Assembly (NCBI GenBank): GCA_963665125.2
Contig: CAXXUK010000001.1
Coordinates: forward strand, 3,520,001-3,584,000
Direction: 5' to 3'
Length of the DNA: 64,000 bases
Source of the DNA: an uncultured Desulfarculus sp.
GTDB taxonomy: Bacteria > Desulfobacterota > Desulfarculia > Desulfarculales > Desulfarculaceae
The notes beneath the pieces are model-generated. The model made no database searches. It had not been told where the DNA came from and saw only the letters and a program-made list of their open reading frames with translations. The translations under genes were made by a program, and so were the position numbers. Below, one piece after another: positions 29,772-39,628 of the stretch. Position 1 is the stretch's first letter; every line of letters starts with the position of its first letter.

Positions 29772-30104
29772 CTAGTGCCGCACCGAATCGGAAAAAAGGC
29801 TCATGGTCACAACGCCCGCAACTATCAGCAATATTCCCACCACCGCCGCCAGGTCCAAGGACTGCTTGAATAACACCACCCCCACCAAGGCGATGAGCAC
29901 TATGCCCAAGCCTGACCACATGGCGTAGACCACGCCCACCGACATGTGTTGCAACACCAGGCTCAGCAGATAAAAGCTAGTCCCATAGCCTAAAATCATT
30001 ACGGCCACGGGCAGCGGCTTGGTCATACCCTGGGACATATTCATGGCGCTGGTGCCGATTACCTCCGAAACGATAGCCAATGCCAGATATAGATAATGCA
30101 TCAC
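29772..30104 (-). CDS. SMR family small multidrug transporter (EmrE/Qac-like)
   Basis: Four TM helices, membrane-embedded Glu (AIVSEVIGT) and YAMWSGLG. Confidence 0.92.
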   Translation of the reverse strand: MMHYLYLALAIVSEVIGTSAMNMSQGMTKPLPVAVMILGYGTSFYLLSLVLQHMSVGVVYAMWSGLGIVLIALVGVVLFKQSLDLAAVVGILLIVAGVVTMSLFSDSVRH

Positions 30105-30232
30105 CGCTCCTTGCTCTTGATAACGCTTTGGCCGTCATCATAGCAGAGAGCTCATGCCATTCCGAACCCTCGCCGCCCTACGGCGGCCGGGCCGGAATGA
30201 TTTATTTTTCAGCAGAACGGCAGGGACAGGGG

Positions 30233-30562
30233 CTAACTGTGGGCGTCGTTTGAAAACAGGCTCATCATGACCACACCGGTCAGGATCAGAACCATGCCGA
30301 CGATTGCGTGCCAGTCCAGGCGCTGCCGGAAAAAAAGCACGCCGACCAGATCGACAAGCACGATGCCAAGGCCCGACCAAATGGCGTAGACCACGCCAAC
30401 CGGCAGGTACTGGAGAACCAGGCTGAATAAATAAAAACTGATTCCAAAGCCAAGAACCACCACAACCACGGGAATAGGCCTGGTCATACCTTGGGAAAGC
30501 TTCAAAGCACTGGTGCCGGCCACCTCAAAGGCCACGGCCACCACCAGGTATAAGTAATACAT
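30233..30562 (-). CDS. SMR family small multidrug transporter (EmrE/Qac-like), paralog
   Basis: AVAFEVAGTSALK and YAIWSGLG; AGGAG RBS. Confidence 0.92.
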   Translation of the reverse strand: MYYLYLVVAVAFEVAGTSALKLSQGMTRPIPVVVVVLGFGISFYLFSLVLQYLPVGVVYAIWSGLGIVLVDLVGVLFFRQRLDWHAIVGMVLILTGVVMMSLFSNDAHS

Positions 30563-31573
30563 CCTTTCTCCTTATTGCATAATCAGGTTGAGAAGCCCCC
30601 ATGGGCCGGCGGGCGCCACCATAAGGTTCTACTCAACCCATAAAAACCAGGGCCAGGCCAATCCTTAATTTATTGCCTCCCCTGGCATCGAGCAACATGG
30701 TGGCCACTGTTGGCCGCCATCCATGTATCAAACATAGGCATCCAAAAAACAAATGCCAGGCCCAGGCCGCGAAAGCGTCCACAGGCCCGCTAAATTTAAT
30801 AATTATTTCATGCTGTTACCAAAGATTTAAATAGTTGAAACTTTTTTTGTAAATATATATTGACAAAGTGGTGGGGAATATCTTAACTTGGGGGATGTAC
30901 GATGTGGCGAAGGGCAATAGTTGCCCTCACGGAATGAATACAAATTGGCACCCGCTGTGATGAACTATACCAGAAGCACATACGCTCGGCCAACCGATAA
31001 AACATCGTGGCTGGGCGGCCTCTGCCGGAAAGGGCGCGATGAAATTCGCAGGCCCTTCTCCCAGGCGCAGGCGGGCTTGGCTTACGCACGATGTCTGTGC
31101 GTCACCCCAGGCCACGGCCCGCTACGCCGGCACGGCGGCTCTGCCAGCTTCCGCAAGGACGGCCCTCCGGGCTCTAAACCGCGGGAGTTCACACCACCAC
31201 AGGCCGGCATCATGCTAACAGCAATGCCAAAGCCGGCTTGGCGTTCGAGGGTACCGCGAAATATTAGCCTGAGCTTGCACAGCGCATAAGCGCGACTTAG
31301 CTTAAAGCCAGGCAGCCTCAAATGCCAAGGCCCGCTTTACGGGTTAGGGTTGGCAATTACGTTGTTTGCCGCTTTTTGCAAGCCGCTGGTCATAAAATTG
31401 AATATGAGTCGTCTTCTTAGTAATGAAGACCAAAAAAACTACAGCATGATTTGATGTCACGCGGGGCCTAAATCAAGGGCCGAGTTAAGTGCCAAAAATA
31501 TAAGCACCCCGCAGTGACCGGAACCCTGAAGAAGCCCGGACCGCAATAAGGCCGGGACGTTCGGGAAAGGGAA

Positions 31574-32677
31574 ATGGCAATGGCTGCCAGCACAAAAGAA
31601 AGATACGCGGATCCGGGTCTCGATACGCCGGTGACCTATTTCAAGGAAGTGGAAGGCCGTGAGTTGCTCACCCCCGAGCGCGAGCTCGAGTTGGGCAAGA
31701 CCATCTTTGACGGCCGCAACGAAATCCTGAACAAGAGCCTGGAGATCATCGGGCGCTTCCAGGAGGCCGAGGATACCTGCAGGCGCATCACCGACTGGCT
31801 GGCCGACTCGCACAAGAGCCCGCTTTCGGTGGAAGACGTCATGGCCGAGGCCAAGGAGCAGGTGAGCCGCTGCTGCCGCCGCATGGGCGAGAAAAAGGTC
31901 GACGTAAAAGACCTGATCAGCGATATTCGCCGGGCCAGCCGCGAGGTAGAGGCCGCCGTCAGCGAGATGGTCGAGGCCAACCTGCGCCTTGCCGTGAGCA
32001 TCGCCAAGAAGTACACCTTCCGCGGCCTGTCGTTCGCCGACCTGATTCAGGAAGGCAACATCGGCCTGATGAAGGCGGTGAACCGTTACGACTACCGCAC
32101 GGGCTACCGCTTCAGCACTTTTGCTTCGTGGTGGATCCGCCAGACCATCAGCCGCGCCATCTACGACCAGGCCCGGACAATCCGCATCCCCATCCACTTG
32201 CTGGAGTTGCGGTCCAAGTACTTCCGCGTGTACTACGGCCTCTTGAAAGAGCTGGGCCGTGAGCCGCTGCCCAGGGAAGTGGCCGACAAGGTGGGCATCA
32301 GCGAGGATAAGGTCAAGGAGATCGTCAACCTGACCCTGGACAGCACCTCGCTGGAAACCCCGGTGGGTGAAGACGGCGACGAGCTGGGCGATTTCATCGA
32401 GAACAAGGACGCCGAGGATCCCTTCGAGAAGGTCGGCGAAGGCGAAATGCACATTCACCTGGAGACGGCCCTGGAATCCTTGGACGCCCGTGAGCAGCGC
32501 ATCCTGGCTATGCGTTTCGGCCTGGGTGATGAAGACGAGCACACCCTGGAAGAAGTCGGCCAGGTGTTCGGCCTGTCCCGTGAGCGCGTGCGCCAGATCG
32601 AGAAGAAGGCCTTGCAGCGACTGCGTCACCCGCAGTGGCGCTCCATCCTGGAGGACCACGTAGGTCCGACCCAGTAG
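31574..32677 (+). CDS. Sigma-70 family factor, RpoD-like regions 1.2-4 without region 1.1
   Basis: ANLRLAVSIAKKY, DLIQEGNIGLMKAV, WWIRQ, RTIRIP and TLEEVG...RERVRQIE; only 367 aa. Confidence 0.9.
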   Translation: MAMAASTKERYADPGLDTPVTYFKEVEGRELLTPERELELGKTIFDGRNEILNKSLEIIGRFQEAEDTCRRITDWLADSHKSPLSVEDVMAEAKEQVSRCCRRMGEKKVDVKDLISDIRRASREVEAAVSEMVEANLRLAVSIAKKYTFRGLSFADLIQEGNIGLMKAVNRYDYRTGYRFSTFASWWIRQTISRAIYDQARTIRIPIHLLELRSKYFRVYYGLLKELGREPLPREVADKVGISEDKVKEIVNLTLDSTSLETPVGEDGDELGDFIENKDAEDPFEKVGEGEMHIHLETALESLDAREQRILAMRFGLGDEDEHTLEEVGQVFGLSRERVRQIEKKALQRLRHPQWRSILEDHVGPTQ

Positions 32678-32708
32678 TACCCCTCCTCCGCCCGCAAGAG
32701 TGGAGTTC

Positions 32709-32743
32709 GGCGCGGCCCTTTAACAGGGGCCGCGTCTTTTTTT
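32709..32743 (+). terminator. Terminator after the sigma factor gene
   Basis: GGCGCGGCCC...GGGCCGCGTC followed by T7. Confidence 0.85.
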
Positions 32744-33010
32744 GCCAAATAAAACGCCGCCGCCCGGTTTCCAGACAACGGCAAATCATAAAAGGTAGTT
32801 ATTCACGAGTTCCATGGGTTCAGTGGCGAGGCGATGGAGAGCGCAGCTGTACGAACGCTGTACCGCAAACCCTCGACAACGAAGCCAATGGGCCCATGGG
32901 CTCGCCCGTAGGGTGAAATTGTTTTGTGGATTGTCTTTTTTCTTTCAGCTTGCACAAGCTGGCGGGTCAACACTTAAGATCCATCGCCACAAAACAATTT
33001 CATGAATAAC

Positions 33011-33814
33011 CTAGTCCAACAGGGCCCCTTCCATATTCGCGCCCTCCAGGTTGGCCCCGTTGAGATCGGCGCCCCGCAGATCGGCTCCGCGCAAGTCCGC
33101 GCCCCTCAAATCAGCCCCGCCCAGTTTGGCGTCGGCCAGGCAGGCTCCGGCCAGGTCAACCCCCCGCAGGTCGCTCTGCTCCATCTCGGCCCAGCGCAAC
33201 TGGCCCTTTGGCAGACTCAAACAGCGCAGATCCATGTGGGCCAGGTCAACGCCGTCCAGGTCGGCACCGCCCAGCTTGGCGCCCTCCAGCTTGGCCGCCT
33301 TTAGGTTGGCCGTTACCAGGGATGCGCCGCGCAGGTCCGCGCCACGCAGGTCGGCTCCGTACATGTTCGCCTCGGTGAGCACCGCGGCCCGCAGATTTGC
33401 CTTGTTAAGGTTGGCGTTCACCAGGCGGCAGCCCCAGATCTGGGCCTCCTCCAGGTCCGCGCCGTGAAAGTCGGCCTTTTCGCAATCCGCATAATCGAGA
33501 TGGGCCTTTTTCATGGTGGCGTCGCTGAAATTCGCCCCGGAGAGCAGGGCGCCGGCCAGCACCGCGCCGGCCAGATCGGCTCCGGCAAAGTCCGCGCCCT
33601 TGGCCAGGGCGTTTTCCATGTTCAGGCGCACGCCCATTGATCCATTGCTGCGGACCCAGTTGCCGTGGTCTTCCTTGGCTCGGTCCAGCCAGCCCTTGTC
33701 AACCAAGTTGCCGTTTTTAAGCTTGGCCTGCCAATCATCGGCGGCCATGGCCGCAGAGCAGACGAAAAGCATAATCAGTATAAAAACAAATACCCTATTT
33801 CGATGTTCAGCCAT
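33011..33814 (-). CDS. Pentapeptide-repeat protein with a signal peptide
   Basis: Many A(D/N)LxG/ADLRG repeats after a hydrophobic N-terminus ending AMA. Confidence 0.9.
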   Translation of the reverse strand: MAEHRNRVFVFILIMLFVCSAAMAADDWQAKLKNGNLVDKGWLDRAKEDHGNWVRSNGSMGVRLNMENALAKGADFAGADLAGAVLAGALLSGANFSDATMKKAHLDYADCEKADFHGADLEEAQIWGCRLVNANLNKANLRAAVLTEANMYGADLRGADLRGASLVTANLKAAKLEGAKLGGADLDGVDLAHMDLRCLSLPKGQLRWAEMEQSDLRGVDLAGACLADAKLGGADLRGADLRGADLRGADLNGANLEGANMEGALLD

Positions 33815-33946
33815 TAAAATTCCAGACCTGTCGCCTCTGATTTATGGGGAGCCCTGGCCTCTCCGGCCAGTGTGGGCTATATAGAATATAAATTGATACC
33901 GCAGATCATGTAAAAATCACCACTGTATTTTTTCAGGAATGGCTTT

Positions 33947-34906
33947 ATGACCGATCCCGGCATGAAATGTTCCCGCTGCCGCCAACCGGCCCGCTTCCGG
34001 TTTCCGGCCCACAATGTGCGGTTCTGCGACGAATGCATGGACCTTTTTTTCCAGCGCCAAGTGGCCAAGGCCATCAAGGAATTCCACATGCTCCAGCCCG
34101 AGCAACGTGTCCTGGTGGCCATCAGTGGAGGCAAGGACTCCCTGGCCCTTTGGAAGGTTCTGGACAACATGGGCTACGACACCGAAGGCTTTCATCTTGC
34201 CCTGGAGATGGGCGATTTTTCCGAGGCCTCGCTGGAGAGTTGCCGGATCATGGCCGAAACGCTGGGCAGACCCCTGCATGTGGCCACTCTGGGCGAGCTT
34301 ACCGGAGGACTGACCATGCAGGAGATTGTCTGGGCCAGCCGCCGCCAGTTTTGCAGCGTCTGCGGCACCATGAAACGCCACTTCATGAACCGCATGTGCC
34401 TGGAGCTTGGTTTTGACACCGTGGCCACCGGCCATCATCTTGATGACGAAACCGGCCGCCTCTTGGGCAACATCCTTCATCAGCACGACCATTACCTGGA
34501 CTCCATGTGGCCGGTGCTGGAGGCGGGGGAAAGCGGATTCGCCCGCAAGGTCAAACCACTATGCCGCCTGGAGGGCAAGGAGATCCGGGCCTATGCCACG
34601 GTGCATGAGCTTCCCGTGGCCCAGGGCAAGTGCAAGGGCTCCAAGGGCGCGACCCTGCATTTTTATCAAAAAGCGATGAACCAGCTCGAGCAGGACATGC
34701 CCGGCACCAAGCATAATTTTTATCTGCAATTTCTGCGGGGCAAGGACGGCCCGCCGCCGCCGCCCGCCGAGGCCCGGCTATGCGCCAAATGCGGCACGCC
34801 CACAACAGCCGAGGTTTGCGGGGCCTGCCGTTTGCAGGAGCGCACCCTGAAATGGCGCGAAGACCGCAAGGAACGACTTGCCAGAAAAGCAGCCGAACAA
34901 GGATAA
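33947..34906 (+). CDS. TtuA/TtcA-family tRNA thiolation enzyme (PP-loop, Fe-S and Zn fingers)
   Basis: SGGKDS, CSVC and TGHHLDD. N- and C-terminal CxxC pairs make it TtuA-like. Confidence 0.85.
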   Translation: MTDPGMKCSRCRQPARFRFPAHNVRFCDECMDLFFQRQVAKAIKEFHMLQPEQRVLVAISGGKDSLALWKVLDNMGYDTEGFHLALEMGDFSEASLESCRIMAETLGRPLHVATLGELTGGLTMQEIVWASRRQFCSVCGTMKRHFMNRMCLELGFDTVATGHHLDDETGRLLGNILHQHDHYLDSMWPVLEAGESGFARKVKPLCRLEGKEIRAYATVHELPVAQGKCKGSKGATLHFYQKAMNQLEQDMPGTKHNFYLQFLRGKDGPPPPPAEARLCAKCGTPTTAEVCGACRLQERTLKWREDRKERLARKAAEQG

Positions 34907-35146
34907 TTAGGACCGCAAGGCTCTGTTTTTGTTAATCTGTAACCGATGGCAATTTAATTTTGGGCGAGAGGCCTTTAAAACCGGCCATGGTGATAAAGTA
35001 TATATCGACCGAGGCTCCGGGTTGGACGTGTGAAATCAGGGTAACACACAGATTGTGATACTTGTTCAACCCTAGATATGATATTTGTGTTCACTGTGTA
35101 GCCATATGGGGCGCCAATAGCACAAGCACAAAGGACAAGCAAGCCC

Positions 35147-35698
35147 ATGAAGCCCAAATTGACCCGGTCCGTTGATTTTGACCCGTTGGTCGATTTGGCT
35201 AAAATAGCGGAGCTGGCCCTTGCTTGGCGCAGTTTGTTTCGGCCGTCGGACCTTAGCGTGCTGCCTTCGGCCCTTGTGGCCCAGATGGAGAGCCTCGGCC
35301 GGGCTGAAACCCTGCGGCTCTATCTGGTAACCAGACTCAAAGACCCGTTGGCCCTGGCCATCATTGACGGCCTGAGCCAGGATGATGTAATCGATTTACT
35401 GGCCCTGGCCCCTGATCCGGACCAGCCGGACGTGGTCATGCCCCTGAGCCAGAGACCCAGCCAGCGGCGGGCCCTGGTGGAGGATGCGCCGGAGGGTCCC
35501 GGAGGGCGCGGCGTATTCTGCTTTTTGCTGGGCAGCCCGGAGGGCGCGGCCATGATAGATTTGGAGCCCGAAGGCCTTGTGCTGGCCATGGCCCGCTGGG
35601 GGGCCGGCAATGTCCTTGATCCTAATCCTTTGATCGGCAGCCGTCTTCGCGGTTTGGCTGGACGCCTGGCCGAGCTGGGGCAACCCGATGAACAGTAA
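35147..35698 (+). CDS. Hypothetical protein
   Basis: 183-aa ORF co-oriented with downstream genes; no family recognised. Confidence 0.55.
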   Translation: MKPKLTRSVDFDPLVDLAKIAELALAWRSLFRPSDLSVLPSALVAQMESLGRAETLRLYLVTRLKDPLALAIIDGLSQDDVIDLLALAPDPDQPDVVMPLSQRPSQRRALVEDAPEGPGGRGVFCFLLGSPEGAAMIDLEPEGLVLAMARWGAGNVLDPNPLIGSRLRGLAGRLAELGQPDEQ

Positions 35699-35721
35699 GC
35701 TAACGTCTCCAAGGAGAGGCC

Positions 35722-36420
35722 ATGCGACGATTGGTTAAATCTTCGGTTCTCGCTATTGTCATCTCATTATTCTGTGTTATTCCGGCCCTTGCCGGATGGC
35801 AAGAGGAATTTAAAAACGGGCTTGATGACATCCGCTCCGGGCGCTACTCATCGGGCGCCGAAAAGGCCTACGTGGCCCTGCAAAACAACAACGTTGAACA
35901 ACAGGACCGGGCCCAGGCCATGGTCACGCTGATCAATTCCCTGTTCCAGGTGGACATGGACGAAGTTGCCGCCGCCATCCTCGACCGGGCCATGCGTGAC
36001 GACAAGGACAATGAAGATGTCTACTTGTTTTGCCGTGGGGCCATGTATGAGCGCAGTTGGCAGTTTGAACCGGCCATCAAGGCCTATGAAAAGGCCATAG
36101 AGATAAACGCGGAGAACGTCAGCTCACTGCTGGCCCTGAGCCGCCTGCGCCTGAGCTGCCCGGAAGACCAGTTCGTGGACCAGAAACAAGCCCTTGATCT
36201 TGCCCAGCGGGCGGCCAAGGCGGCGGCCAACAGCCGCAGCAAGACCATGTCCTATTTGCTCATTGCCAGGGTCCAGGCCACCATGGGCGATTTCGGCAAG
36301 GCCGCCCAAAGCCAGCAAAAGGCCATTGAGGAAGCCAAGGGCAAACTGGATGAAACCCAGTTGGAGCAGCTTGAGATGGTATTGCAGGAACTGAAGCGGA
36401 GGGCCGCCCTCAAAAAATGA
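35722..36420 (+). CDS. Exported tetratricopeptide-repeat protein
   Basis: AGGAG RBS, signal peptide (IPALA) and TPR-like motifs (RGAMY...AIKAYEKAIEIN; GDFGKAAQSQQKAIE). Confidence 0.8.
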   Translation: MRRLVKSSVLAIVISLFCVIPALAGWQEEFKNGLDDIRSGRYSSGAEKAYVALQNNNVEQQDRAQAMVTLINSLFQVDMDEVAAAILDRAMRDDKDNEDVYLFCRGAMYERSWQFEPAIKAYEKAIEINAENVSSLLALSRLRLSCPEDQFVDQKQALDLAQRAAKAAANSRSKTMSYLLIARVQATMGDFGKAAQSQQKAIEEAKGKLDETQLEQLEMVLQELKRRAALKK

Positions 36421-36495
36421 GCTGCTTTACAACCTGTTGACTTGGCAGTATCTTTTAGCACCCGGGCGTACAACCTTGTTGGATGTATTTAAAAA

Positions 36496-38817
36496 ATGAC
36501 CCTTCGAATGGTCGATGACATTCTGGAACTTGTCGGCGAAACCCCACTGGTGCGTTTAAACCGGCTGGCGCCCAAGGGCGGCGCGCCGATCTATGCCAAG
36601 ATTGAATTCATGAATCCCGGCGGGTCCATCAAGGACCGGGCCGCCCTGCGCATGATCGAAGCGGCCGAAGCCAGCGGTGAACTCAAACCGGGCAAGATAG
36701 TCCTTGAGGCCACCAGCGGCAACACGGGCATAGGCCTGGCCATGGTCTGCGCGGTAAAAGGCTACAAGATGCTTTTTACCATGAGCGAGTCGGCCAGCGA
36801 AGAGCGCCGCAAGATTCTGCGGGCCTATGGCGCCGACATCCTGCTCACCCCGGCCCACATGGCCACCGATGGCGCCATCGAAGAAGCCTACAGGATGGCC
36901 CGTGATGAGCCGGAAAAATACTTTTTAGTCGATCAGTTTAACAACCCTGACAATCCCAAGGCCCATTCGGAGCGCGGCACGGCTGACGAGATCTTCGACG
37001 CCACCGCTGGCCAAGTCCGGGTGGTGGTTGCCACCCTGGGCACCTCGGGCACGGCCATGGGACTGGCCCAGCGTCTGCACGAATTGAGCCCGGAGATCAA
37101 GCTGATTGCCGTGGAGCCCTATCAGGGTCACAAGATCCAGGGCCTCAAGAATATGAAGGAATCCCTGGCGCCCGGCATCTTCGACCCCCGGCTGCCAGAC
37201 GAAATCGTCAACATCGACGACGACGAGGCCTATGCCACGGCCCGCCGCCTGGCCAGGGAAGAGGGCATTTTCGTGGGCATGAGCTCCGGGGCCGCCGTGG
37301 CCGAAGCCATCAAACAGGCCGAAAAGCTCGGAGACGGCCTGGTGGTGGCCATCGTGCCCGACGGCGGCGAGCGCTATCTGTCCACATCCCTTTTTGTATC
37401 GGAAAAGGTTCCCGAACCGCTTAAGTTTTTCAACACCCTTACCCGGCAGATCGACGAACTACGGCCCGTGCGGCCCGGACATGTGGGCATGTATGCCTGC
37501 GGCCCCAGCCTGGACGGCCCGCCGGATCTGGGCCTGTGCCGCCGCATGGTTTTCGCCGACCTGGTGCGCCGCTATCTGGAGCTTCGCGGCTTTGACGTCA
37601 AGCTTGTGGTCAACATCGCCGATATCGACGACCGCACGGTTAACCAGTGCCTGGCCGAAGGTGAGAAGCTCGACAGGTTCGCCGCCAAGTGGGAGCAGGC
37701 CTTCCACGTGGACATGGCCAAGATAAATATACTTCCAGCCACGGAATACCCCAAGGCCAGCACCCACGTCATGGACATGGTCGAGGAGACCCGCAAGCTG
37801 TTGGCCAAGGACGTGGCCTATGAAAAACTGCGCAGCGTTTATTTCAACATCAGCCGCTATCCTGAATACGGCAAGCTCAGCAGCGTTGATCTAAACGCCA
37901 TCCAAAGCGGCAAGACCGTTGACTACGACTATTATGAAAAAGAAAATCCCAGCGATTTCACCTTGTTCAAAAGGGCCAGTCTGGCCGAACTCAAGGCCGG
38001 CATCTACTGGCAGACCCCCTGGGGCAACTGCCGCCCCGGCTGGCATGTGGAATGCTCGTGCATGTCGAGCATCCACCTTGGCCAGCCTTTTGATATGCAC
38101 CTGGCCAGCACGGACCTGATCTTCCCCCATGGCGACAACGAGATCGCCATAGCCGAGAGCCTTTACGGCAAGCCCCTGGCCAACATGTGGCTGCACTCGG
38201 ACGTTGTGATGATCGACGGCAAAAAGGCCAACCGGGCCATGGGCAACGACGTCACCCTGCGGGCCCTGCTGGACAAGGGCTATTCGGCCCAGGCCGTGCG
38301 CTACTGGCTGCTGGGCCAGCATTACCGCCGGGCCCTGCGCTTCAATTCGGAAAACCTGGACCTGGCCGAGCGCACTGTGCGCCGCCTCAATGATTTCGTG
38401 GCCAGGATGCGCTTTCTTACGCCCCAGGCCGAGGCCAAGGCCGACGTTGACCAGAAGATATACGAGGCCCGCTACGGCTTCCAGGAGGCCATGGACCAGG
38501 ATCTGAACATGCCCAAGGCCATGGGCTTCGTTTTTGGTTTCATCAAAGATATCAATCGCATCGCCAGCGACGGCGGACTCACCGCCGACCAGATCGAAAA
38601 GACGCTGAATTTCATGAAGCGCATTGACAAAGTGTTGGCGGTTATCGACTTTAACGGCGGGGATATCGATCCGGCCATTGATGAGTTGGTGCGCCGCCGC
38701 GATGAAGCCAGAGCCAACGGCGACTTTGCCGCGGCCGACGCCATTCGCGATCAGCTCGGCGGCATGGGCATAAGCCTCGACGATACGCCCCAAGGCACGC
38801 GCTGGTACCGTGAATGA
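36496..38817 (+). CDS. Cysteine synthase (CysK/CysM-like) fused to a degenerate cysteinyl-tRNA synthetase domain
   Basis: Residues 1-~300: NPGGSIKDR, TSGNTG, GTSGT, PDGGERYLS. Residues ~310-773: CysRS fold (NTLTR, YACGP, PGWHVECS, DLIFPH, anticodon domain) with HIGH replaced by DLGL and KMSKS by KANRA. Confidence 0.9.
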   Translation: MTLRMVDDILELVGETPLVRLNRLAPKGGAPIYAKIEFMNPGGSIKDRAALRMIEAAEASGELKPGKIVLEATSGNTGIGLAMVCAVKGYKMLFTMSESASEERRKILRAYGADILLTPAHMATDGAIEEAYRMARDEPEKYFLVDQFNNPDNPKAHSERGTADEIFDATAGQVRVVVATLGTSGTAMGLAQRLHELSPEIKLIAVEPYQGHKIQGLKNMKESLAPGIFDPRLPDEIVNIDDDEAYATARRLAREEGIFVGMSSGAAVAEAIKQAEKLGDGLVVAIVPDGGERYLSTSLFVSEKVPEPLKFFNTLTRQIDELRPVRPGHVGMYACGPSLDGPPDLGLCRRMVFADLVRRYLELRGFDVKLVVNIADIDDRTVNQCLAEGEKLDRFAAKWEQAFHVDMAKINILPATEYPKASTHVMDMVEETRKLLAKDVAYEKLRSVYFNISRYPEYGKLSSVDLNAIQSGKTVDYDYYEKENPSDFTLFKRASLAELKAGIYWQTPWGNCRPGWHVECSCMSSIHLGQPFDMHLASTDLIFPHGDNEIAIAESLYGKPLANMWLHSDVVMIDGKKANRAMGNDVTLRALLDKGYSAQAVRYWLLGQHYRRALRFNSENLDLAERTVRRLNDFVARMRFLTPQAEAKADVDQKIYEARYGFQEAMDQDLNMPKAMGFVFGFIKDINRIASDGGLTADQIEKTLNFMKRIDKVLAVIDFNGGDIDPAIDELVRRRDEARANGDFAAADAIRDQLGGMGISLDDTPQGTRWYRE

Positions 38818-38908
38818 TACAATAAATATACTTTTGGTGTTTTTGTGCCTATTAATACGGCCAACACACCAAGGTATTGACTAACCAGGACCTTTAACGA
38901 GGCGGACA

Positions 38909-39298
38909 ATGACCAAAGCAAAGCAGGACAGGCAAAACCTTTTGCGGGCCATTGAAGGCCTGAAGCTTTACCCGGCAGTTTTCATACCCGCGGCCGAGGG
39001 CGGCTTCGAGGTGATCTTTCCCAACCTCCCTGGGGCGCGGGCCTATGGTTCGGACAGGGAACAGGCCCAATTACACGCCGTTGAGGCCTTGACCGCCGAA
39101 CTGGGCCAATACGTGGCCGACGGAGACACACCGCCGGAGCCGTCAGACCAGGAGCGCCTGATCCCGGACGAAGAGGAGCCCATGGGCACCGAGCTGGTCC
39201 TCCTGGAACCCGATAAGGTCGTGCTGCGCAAGCGATTCGGCCTGATCAAGGGCGAAAAGGGCCTGGATCTGGGCCTGGGCAGGCTGGGGCGAAAGTAG
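38909..39298 (+). CDS. HicB-like antitoxin domain protein
   Basis: YPAVF...GGFEVIFPNLPG...G...EAL...PEPS. Confidence 0.75.
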   Translation: MTKAKQDRQNLLRAIEGLKLYPAVFIPAAEGGFEVIFPNLPGARAYGSDREQAQLHAVEALTAELGQYVADGDTPPEPSDQERLIPDEEEPMGTELVLLEPDKVVLRKRFGLIKGEKGLDLGLGRLGRK

Positions 39299-39334
39299 TA
39301 AAATCATCCGCGCCTTTACAGCGGGGAGCTGGTC

Positions 39335-39616
39335 ATGTTCGAACTGGTGCAGGTAATCATCTGGCTGGGATACGGGCTCTATTTGTTTCTGGCCAACGGT
39401 ATGGCCCTCTTTTCGGGCCAGGGGGCGCTGTTTTTTCTGCTGGGCCCCATCCTTGCCGGTTACGTGCTGGCCATACCCATCGAGATCGGCATCCTGCGCA
39501 TATTGGAGCTTTTTCCCAGGGATACGCCCGGCTTCTTCGGCTGGCATGTGCTCACCGCAGTGGTGGTGGGCGTTTTGTTGACCCGCCTGGGCTTTTTCCT
39601 GGTCACCCTGATCTGA
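39335..39616 (+). CDS. Hypothetical small membrane protein
   Basis: Three hydrophobic segments; GGGAG RBS; ends 12 bp before rimO. Confidence 0.7.
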   Translation: MFELVQVIIWLGYGLYLFLANGMALFSGQGALFFLLGPILAGYVLAIPIEIGILRILELFPRDTPGFFGWHVLTAVVVGVLLTRLGFFLVTLI

Positions 39617-39628
39617 TTTGAGCCGTTA

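Noticed and set aside
30105..30860. Guanidine riboswitch upstream of the SMR genes
   Set aside because: No class I, II or III consensus was seen, and the proteins look EmrE/Qac-like rather than Gdx-like.
32829..32890. Fluoride riboswitch (GGCGATGGAG...)
   Set aside because: The downstream TTCGCC and GCTRATGAC elements are absent, and there is no sense-strand gene downstream.
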